A stretch of DNA of 5,002 nucleotides from a virus, in the IMG/VR virus record IMGVR_UViG_3300045988_005407, positions 1-5,002 of that record; one strand, given 5' to 3'. The translations under genes were made by a program, and so were the position numbers. Positions 1 to 4,428 of this stretch are shown piece after piece. The notes below the pieces were generated by a model, which was not told the origin of the DNA, made no database searches, and was given only the letters and a program-made list of their open reading frames with translations. Numbering within the stretch: the first letter of the stretch is position 1; every line of letters begins with the position of its first letter.

Positions 1-55
1 TCTTTTTTATAGATATCTCAACGATTTGCGCACGGGGAGGTCCGGAACCAGTTAC
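1..55. repeat. Terminal redundancy, copy 1 (circular-genome linearisation overlap)
   Basis: tcttttttatagatatctcaacgatttgcgcacggggaggtccggaaccagttac is identical base for base to 4948..5002. Confidence 0.97.
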
Positions 56-88
56 TTACTTGATGTAACTGGTTCCGGTGACACCCCG
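33..88 (+). other. Large stem-loop in the main intergenic region; candidate plus-strand origin / Rep nick hairpin
   Basis: ccggaaccagttac (42..55) is the perfect reverse complement of gtaactggttccgg (65..78), a 14-bp stem. The 9-nt loop is ttacttgat (56..64). A lower 5-bp stem pairs cgggg (33..37) with ccccg (84..88) across an internal loop. The loop and flank read ACTTACTTGAT, which contains ACTTGAT (58..64). Confidence 0.6.
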
Positions 89-124
89 ATGCACGTGCGG
101 GTACCCAACGCACTGCTCGAATGT

Positions 125-152
125 TTGCTTTCTCTTTGACTTGTGGTATATG
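125..152 (+). promoter_or_regulatory. Candidate sigma70-type promoter (extended -10) upstream of VP1
   Basis: The -35-like TTGCTT (125..130) is followed by a 16-nt spacer, then TGg (144..146) and the -10-like TATATG (147..152). The final base of the -10 is non-consensus. TTGACT at 136..141 has no good -10 partner. The host is unknown, so this call is weak. Confidence 0.25.
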
Positions 153-201
153 CTTTGTCCTACGGTGATAAAGCTTTTTAAGTCTTGGGTTTTAGAGCCG
201 T

Positions 202-243
202 AAGGCGGCTGGTCGAGGGCTTTCGGACTAAGCCGCCTTTTTT
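202..243 (+). terminator. Intrinsic-terminator-like hairpin with T-tract, 26 nt upstream of the VP1 start
   Basis: aaggcggct (202..210) pairs with agccgcctt (231..239) in a 9-bp GC-rich stem. An inner helix pairs gtc(g) at 212..215 with c(g)gac at 224..228. TTTTTT follows at 238..243. An alternative 5-bp pairing of agccg (196..200) with cggct (206..210) would compete with the terminator stem. Confidence 0.55.
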
Positions 244-268
244 GTTTCTATAGCTATGGATTTTTTAG

Positions 269-1933
269 ATGTCATCTGTTAATCGTTCTACTCAGCATCT
301 GTTTTCTCAGATTCCTTCTACTCAGATTCCTCGATCGGTCTTTGACCGTTCTCATGGTTATAAGACAACTTTCGATTCTGGTTATCTTGTACCTTTTTAT
401 GTCGATGAAGTACTTCCTGGCGATAGCTTTAAGCTGACAGCTACTTTGTTTGCTCGTTTGGCTACGCCGATTGTCCCTTTTATGGATAATCTTTATTTGG
501 AGACTTTCTTCTTCTTTGTTCCTAACAGACTCGTTTGGGATAACTGGCAGAAGTTCAATGGTGAGCAGAAAAATCCGTCTGACTCTACAGACTTTTTGAT
601 TCCTACTGTTTCTGGCACGAATGTTCAGAATCAAACGCTTTGGGATTACTTCGGTCTTCCGACGAATGTCGATAAAGCTTTGAAAGTAAATGCGCTTCCT
701 TTCCGCGCTTACAATTTGATTTTCAATGAATGGTTTAGAGACGAGAATCTTCAAGAATCTTTGAAAGTTCCGACAGGCGACGGTCCAGATAATCTTTCTG
801 ACTACAGCTTAGTTCGTCGTGGTAAGCGTCACGACTACTTCACATCTTGCTTGCCTTGGCCCCAGAAAGGACCTGGAGTTGAGATTTCGCTTGGTGGTTC
901 TGCGAAGGTCTCTGGCGATTTTAGTTTGGCGGCTCAGTACGGTTCTTTTCATGCAGACTATACCATTGGGGCTGTTCAAAATTGGTCTCAACCTTATCCA
1001 GTTTCTTTTACTAATCCTGTTGTTTTAGGCGATAAGGATCAGCGATGGAATCTAGTTCCTAAAAATATTCCTTTGAGTATTACTGGAGCTGATCCTTCGG
1101 ATCCAGGAAAAATTTCTTTTTATGCTGGTCGTGGTTTAGTTTTAGCTGACAATTTGTCTGCTGATTTGTCTTCTGCTACTCCGATTTCCATCAACGACCT
1201 CCGCCAAGCTTTCCAGATTCAAAAGCTTTACGAGCGCGACGCACGCGGAGGTACGCGTTACACAGAGATCTTGCGTTCGCACTTTGGCGTAATTTCGCCT
1301 GATGCTCGTCTCCAGCGTCCTGAATACCTCGGCGGATCGTCTGCTCGTATTTCGATCAATCCTGTTCAACAAACTTCAGCTACAAATGACACGACGCCGC
1401 AAGGCAATTTGGCGGCTTATGGTGTTGTTTCTGATAGTTTCCATGGCTTCTCGAAGTCCTTTGTTGAGCATGGTTATGTTTTCGGTTTTGTGAATGTCCG
1501 TGCTGATTTGACGTATCAGCAAGGTCTTAATCGTATGTGGTCGCGCCAAGGTCGCTTCGATTTTTATTGGCCTGTGCTCGCGCATCTTGGCGAACAAGCT
1601 GTTCTCAATAAAGAGATTTATGCGCAAGGTACTGCTGATGACGATAACGTCTTTGGCTATCAAGAGCGTTATGCTGAGTATCGTTACTACCCTGGCCAAA
1701 TTACAGGTAAGTTTCGCTCGACTGATCCGCAAACTCTCGATTCGTGGCATCTTGCGCAGAAGTTCAGCTCTTTGCCAACACTTTCGTCTCAATTTATTCA
1801 AGATAATCCGCCAGTCGAACGCGTCGTTGCAGTTACTAGCGAACCGCAATTTTTGTTCGATTCTTATATTCGTTTGAAGTGCGCTCGTCCGATGCCTGTG
1901 TATTCAGTGCCCGGATTGGTTGATCATTTCTAA
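269..1933 (+). CDS. VP1: Major capsid protein VP1 (Microviridae F-like jelly-roll capsid)
   Basis: The 554-aa ORF carries blocks I recognise as gokushovirus VP1 signatures: RSVFDRSHGYKTTFDSGYLVPFYVDEVLPGDSF near the N-terminus, KRHDYFTSCLPWPQKG, and INDLRQAFQIQKLYERDARGGTRYTEILRSHFGVISPDARLQRPEYLGG. Codon position 3 is strongly T-biased. The SD is weak (GGA at 258..260). Confidence 0.93.
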   Translation: MSSVNRSTQHLFSQIPSTQIPRSVFDRSHGYKTTFDSGYLVPFYVDEVLPGDSFKLTATLFARLATPIVPFMDNLYLETFFFFVPNRLVWDNWQKFNGEQKNPSDSTDFLIPTVSGTNVQNQTLWDYFGLPTNVDKALKVNALPFRAYNLIFNEWFRDENLQESLKVPTGDGPDNLSDYSLVRRGKRHDYFTSCLPWPQKGPGVEISLGGSAKVSGDFSLAAQYGSFHADYTIGAVQNWSQPYPVSFTNPVVLGDKDQRWNLVPKNIPLSITGADPSDPGKISFYAGRGLVLADNLSADLSSATPISINDLRQAFQIQKLYERDARGGTRYTEILRSHFGVISPDARLQRPEYLGGSSARISINPVQQTSATNDTTPQGNLAAYGVVSDSFHGFSKSFVEHGYVFGFVNVRADLTYQQGLNRMWSRQGRFDFYWPVLAHLGEQAVLNKEIYAQGTADDDNVFGYQERYAEYRYYPGQITGKFRSTDPQTLDSWHLAQKFSSLPTLSSQFIQDNPPVERVVAVTSEPQFLFDSYIRLKCARPMPVYSVPGLVDHF

Positions 1934-1942
1934 GGAGTTGTT

Positions 1943-2005
1943 ATGGCTTTAGTTATTTGGCTTGCTGTTGTTGGCTCTGTTGTTATCTTTGCTTTAGGAC
2001 AGTGA
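1943..2005 (+). CDS. 20-aa hydrophobic mini-protein (MALVIWLAVVGSVVIFALGQ), function unknown
   Basis: AAGGAG (1932..1937, overlapping the VP1 stop) lies 5 nt before ATG 1943 and is the best SD in the genome. 12 of 20 codons end in T, matching the bona fide genes. The stop TGA (2003..2005) is 1 nt before the VP2 ATG. The ORF is too short to appear in the supplied track. Confidence 0.5.
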   Translation: MALVIWLAVVGSVVIFALGQ

Positions 2006-2006
2006 T

Positions 2007-2606
2007 ATGGGTTTCGGATGGGCTGAAGCCGCTTCAGCTGTCGGCAATTTAGGTAGTTCTGCGTTGGCTTCTTTTGTTAATTGGAAGCATCAGAAAGAAG
2101 TGATGAAAAATCGTCACCAGTGGGAAGTTGAAGACCTTCGTAAAGCTGGTCTTAATCCCATTTTATCTGCTGGTGGTCAAGGTACTTCAGGCAACGCTCC
2201 GGTCGTTGAGCCGGTTGATGTTGCCGGTGCTTTGCATTCTGGTGCTGATAAAGAGCTTAAGGAAGCTCAGGCTAAGCAAGTTGAGGTTCAGAATTCTGCT
2301 TTAGCCGCGGACACTGAGCTTAAGAAGGCTCAGACTGAAGTCGCTAAAGAAGCTTCAACTCTTACTTATGCTCAGGCTGTTGGACAAGGCTGGCAGAATC
2401 GCATTTATGATGAGACTCTGAAGCAAGCTCAGAATGCTACTGAGAATTCTGCTTTAGCTACTGAGCGTAATAGGATGGTTTTTGACTATATGAAGCAGAA
2501 TCCTTCCGCTTGGAAAATTGGTCAGTTTATGCAGTTGTTGAACCCTTTTGGCACTGCTGCGCCAGTGGTTAATTCTGCTGTTGGTGCTGCGAGGTTGGCT
2601 AAGTGA
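2007..2606 (+). CDS. VP2: Minor capsid / DNA pilot protein VP2
   Basis: This 199-aa ORF sits immediately after VP1. It has a Gly/Ala-rich N-terminus, the RKAGLNPILSAGG motif typical of gokushovirus VP2, and a central A/Q/K/E-rich helical region. A partial SD AGGA (1996..1999) lies 7 nt upstream. An in-frame TAG at 1995..1997 rules out a longer N-terminus. Confidence 0.85.
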   Translation: MGFGWAEAASAVGNLGSSALASFVNWKHQKEVMKNRHQWEVEDLRKAGLNPILSAGGQGTSGNAPVVEPVDVAGALHSGADKELKEAQAKQVEVQNSALAADTELKKAQTEVAKEASTLTYAQAVGQGWQNRIYDETLKQAQNATENSALATERNRMVFDYMKQNPSAWKIGQFMQLLNPFGTAAPVVNSAVGAARLAK

Positions 2607-2701
2607 TAGATACGATCTTAAAGTTCGTTAATGTTTTGCTGAATTCTGGTTCTGCGATCTGGGAGGCCTTCAAGGCCGTTAAGAAACTTTTTAAAAAGTG
2701 A
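2603..2701 (+). CDS. Possible 32-aa amphipathic cationic peptide (GTG start; MIDTILKFVNVLLNSGSAIWEAFKAVKKLFKK)
   Basis: GAGG (2591..2594) lies 8 nt before GTG 2603, and the GTG overlaps the VP2 stop (GTGA). The frame is open to TGA 2699..2701, which overlaps the SD of the next gene. Two stretches have amphipathic 3/4 periodicity, separated by NSGS. Against the call: only about 31% of codons end in T (background level), and a 32-codon open frame is not rare by chance. Confidence 0.25.
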   Translation: MIDTILKFVNVLLNSGSAIWEAFKAVKKLFKK

Positions 2702-2708
2702 GGTTTAT

Positions 2709-2831
2709 ATGTCTCGTCGTCGTCATAAGCTTTCTCGTAAGGCATCTAAGCGTATTTTCCGGAAAGGTGCATCTCGCACGAAGGCTTTGAATACTCGTGC
2801 TACACCAATGCGCGGCGGTTTTCGCATCTAA
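2709..2831 (+). CDS. VP8: Small Arg/Lys-rich DNA-binding/packaging protein (gokushovirus VP8/ORF8, functional analogue of phiX174 J)
   Basis: The hand-translated 40-aa product is MSRRRHKLSRKASKRIFRKGASRTKALNTRATPMRGGFRI. It has 14 R/K residues in 40 and the C-terminal PMRGGxR(I/L) ending I recall from gokushovirus small basic proteins. GAGG (2700..2703) lies 5 nt before the ATG. 20 of 40 codons end in T. The position after VP2 is canonical. Confidence 0.85.
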   Translation: MSRRRHKLSRKASKRIFRKGASRTKALNTRATPMRGGFRI

Positions 2832-2832
2832 A

Positions 2833-2849
2833 GTACGAAAAAATCGTAC
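2833..2849 (+). other. Short hairpin just after the VP8 stop
   Basis: gtacga (2833..2838) pairs with tcgtac (2844..2849) around an aaaaa loop. Only gTTT follows, so as a terminator it would be weak. Confidence 0.3.
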
Positions 2850-2936
2850 GTTTGAACTTAAGCGTTAACCCTCATTACCTGCCGCGGTCGTCATAGTTAT
2901 CATTTTGAACATCTCAATTTCATTTGGAACTTCGCT

Positions 2937-3167
2937 ATGGCTACTGCGGCTTTTCGGCTTACTCTTAAAGACTTTGGCGTCTGCTGGCTTATTCCTGGTG
3001 AAGAAAGTTATGTTGGTCGTCGCAAGTTGGTGACTTGGACGCTTTATCGCGACCGTCCTTGGACCGCTCTTTGTTCATTTCCAGTTCGTTTTCGCTCTTC
3101 TCGTGAGACGATTCTTCGTGAGCTTCATATTGCGTGTCTTGAAAAATGCCTTGCTTTCACCCGATAA
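2937..3167 (+). CDS. Hypothetical 76-aa basic protein (orphan ORF upstream of and overlapping VP4)
   Basis: ATG 2937 has a partial SD (GGAA at 2926..2929, 7-nt spacer). 42 of 76 codons end in T (55%), the same bias as the confirmed genes and well above background. I recognise no family motif. The 3' end overlaps the first 22 nt of VP4 in the +1 frame. Confidence 0.55.
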   Translation: MATAAFRLTLKDFGVCWLIPGEESYVGRRKLVTWTLYRDRPWTALCSFPVRFRSSRETILRELHIACLEKCLAFTR

Positions 3168-4063
3168 CAGCGTATCGTCTTGCTGGTCAGAAGACAAAAG
3201 ATGGACAACGTAATGCGATAACGTTTGATCCGTCTAAAGCTATTCCTTTTTCTGATTTCAAGGTTCCTTGTGGTCAATGCATTGGTTGCAGACTTTCTAA
3301 GTCTCGCGAATGGGCCGCTCGATGCGTTGTTGAAGCTAAGTCACATAAGAACAACATGTTTCTTACGCTGACTTATGATGATGCTCATTTGCCTGCTGAT
3401 GGCTCACTTCATTATGAGCATTTTCAGCTGTTCATGAAGCGCATGCGTAAATACTTCATGAGCCGTTTTGGTCAACAGCTTCGCTTTTTTATGTGTGGTG
3501 AATATGGCGATAAGCTTGGCCGTCCTCACTATCACGCCATCATTTTTGGCGTTACTTTTGTAGATAAACAGCTCTGGTCGATTCGTCGAGGTAATAACTT
3601 ATATCGTAGCCGTACGCTTGAGAAACTTTGGCCTTATGGTTTTAGTTCAATTGGTGCAGTCAATTTTGAGACTGCGGCTTACGTTGCTCGTTATGTGACA
3701 AAGAAAATTACAGGTCCTTTAAAGCTTGAGCATTACGACGGTAAGGTTTCTGAATTTTGTCATTGTTCGCTTAAACCTGGTATTGGTCATGACTTTTGTG
3801 AAAAGTATATGACTGATATTTATACTAATGATCGACTTATTCTTAGCGAGAAGATTATGATGAATCCTCCAGCTTATTTTGATAAGTTGTTGGAGCGTTC
3901 TGATATTGTTCGTTATGAAGAGATTAAGCGTCTTCGCGAAAAACGAGGACGTGATTTTGAAGATACTGGCGAGACTTCGCCTCATCGTCTTTCAGTTCGT
4001 GAACGCGTCCAAGAACTGAAAGCCGCTAAACTCAGACGCGTTATGGAAGAGAATCAATCATGA
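3146..4063 (+). CDS. VP4: Replication initiation protein VP4 (HUH rolling-circle endonuclease, phiX174 gpA family)
   Basis: The 305-aa product starts MPCFHPI and has a CGQCIGC Cys cluster. RCR motif 1 is FLTLTY (3359..3376). The HUH motif is HYH within GRPHYHAIIFG (3527..3535). The two-tyrosine motif is YVARYVTKK (3680..3706), compared with phiX174 gpA YVAKYVNK. I see no SD upstream of ATG 3146. Confidence 0.95.
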   Translation: MPCFHPITAYRLAGQKTKDGQRNAITFDPSKAIPFSDFKVPCGQCIGCRLSKSREWAARCVVEAKSHKNNMFLTLTYDDAHLPADGSLHYEHFQLFMKRMRKYFMSRFGQQLRFFMCGEYGDKLGRPHYHAIIFGVTFVDKQLWSIRRGNNLYRSRTLEKLWPYGFSSIGAVNFETAAYVARYVTKKITGPLKLEHYDGKVSEFCHCSLKPGIGHDFCEKYMTDIYTNDRLILSEKIMMNPPAYFDKLLERSDIVRYEEIKRLREKRGRDFEDTGETSPHRLSVRERVQELKAAKLRRVMEENQS

Positions 4064-4350
4064 TCCTTAAAGTTTTTTCCGTTTTCGATTCGAAACTTCA
4101 GGTTTTTAATACGCCGTTCTTCAGTCGTTCTGCCGCTGATGCATCTCGGTCTTTCTCTGATCTCGTTTGTGATAGCCGCACTACAGTTGGTCAGCATCCC
4201 GACGATTTCTTTCTTTATGAGATCGGTCAGTACTCTGATGAGACTGGAGAGCTTGTAGCCTCTGCTCCGACACAGATTGCCGCCGCGACTGCTTTCGTAT
4301 CTACGATTGAGGACCCCAAAGCGGCCGCGCCTGCTAAGGCCGAAGTCTAA
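4060..4350 (+). CDS. VP5: VP5 nonstructural protein (ssDNA synthesis/packaging, phiX174 C analogue)
   Basis: The 96-aa product has an N-terminus KVFSVFDSKLQVFNTPFF...SFSDLV...HPDDFFLYEIGQYSDETGEL that matches the conserved gokushovirus VP5 pattern as I recall it. Its ATG overlaps the VP4 stop (ATGA at 4060..4063). Confidence 0.88.
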   Translation: MILKVFSVFDSKLQVFNTPFFSRSAADASRSFSDLVCDSRTTVGQHPDDFFLYEIGQYSDETGELVASAPTQIAAATAFVSTIEDPKAAAPAKAEV

Positions 4351-4366
4351 GTCCAGACGCGGCCGC
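4321..4366 (+). other. Twin GCGGCCGC palindromes forming a potential 9-bp all-GC stem that encloses the VP5 stop codon
   Basis: gcggccgcg (4321..4329) is complementary to cgcggccgc (4358..4366). The 28-nt loop contains the VP5 TAA (4348..4350). Confidence 0.5.
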
Positions 4367-4387
4367 AACACGGAGATTCTTCTAATC

Positions 4388-4415
4388 AGTCCTTGCGTAG
4401 TGCGAGGACTTTTTT
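4388..4415 (+). terminator. Intrinsic terminator-like hairpin between VP5 and VP3
   Basis: agtccttgcg (4388..4397) pairs with tgcgaggact (4401..4410), about 10 bp including two G-U pairs, around a 3-nt loop. A T run extends to 4415. Confidence 0.6.
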
Positions 4416-4428
4416 ATGTGGAGCTTAT

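Noticed and set aside
7-34. Possible XerC/XerD dif-like site on the minus strand (CGTGCGCAAAT resembles the XerC arm GGTGCGCATAA). I looked for this because some enterobacterial gokushoviruses lysogenise via dif.
   Set aside because: The XerC-arm match is 8 of 11, but the position where the normally better-conserved XerD arm should lie matches TTATGTTAAAT at only about 3 of 11. A separate TTATGATGAAT at about 3847..3857 (9 of 11 to the XerD arm) lies inside VP4 with no XerC arm beside it. I found no convincing dif motif.
256-282. ATG at 256, 13 nt upstream of the VP1 start.
   Set aside because: It is out of frame with VP1 and hits TAA after 8 codons. It is not an alternative VP1 start.
819-1028. 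+ strand 69-aa ORF (GTG start) inside VP1 with a very hydrophobic C-terminus.
   Set aside because: It is in the +1 frame relative to VP1. T-rich third positions of VP1 become second positions here, which generates Leu/Phe/Ile runs and few stops by default. It has no SD and no ATG.
1302-1493. + strand 63-aa ORF inside VP1.
   Set aside because: It is the same +1-frame shadow effect as the 819..1028 ORF. It has no ribosome-binding site and no recognisable motif.
2661-2666. Strong SD-like GGGAGG in the VP2-VP8 gap.
   Set aside because: No ATG, GTG or TTG lies at a usable distance downstream (ccttcaaggccgtt follows). It is more likely part of the GGCC...GGCC palindrome or simply codons of the putative 32-aa frame.
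4393-4428. N-terminal extension of VP3 from the TTG start given in the ORF track.
   Set aside because: TTG 4393 sits inside the stem of the 4388..4410 hairpin and lacks an SD. ATG 4429 has GGAG at ideal spacing, and the conserved VP3 sequence begins after it.
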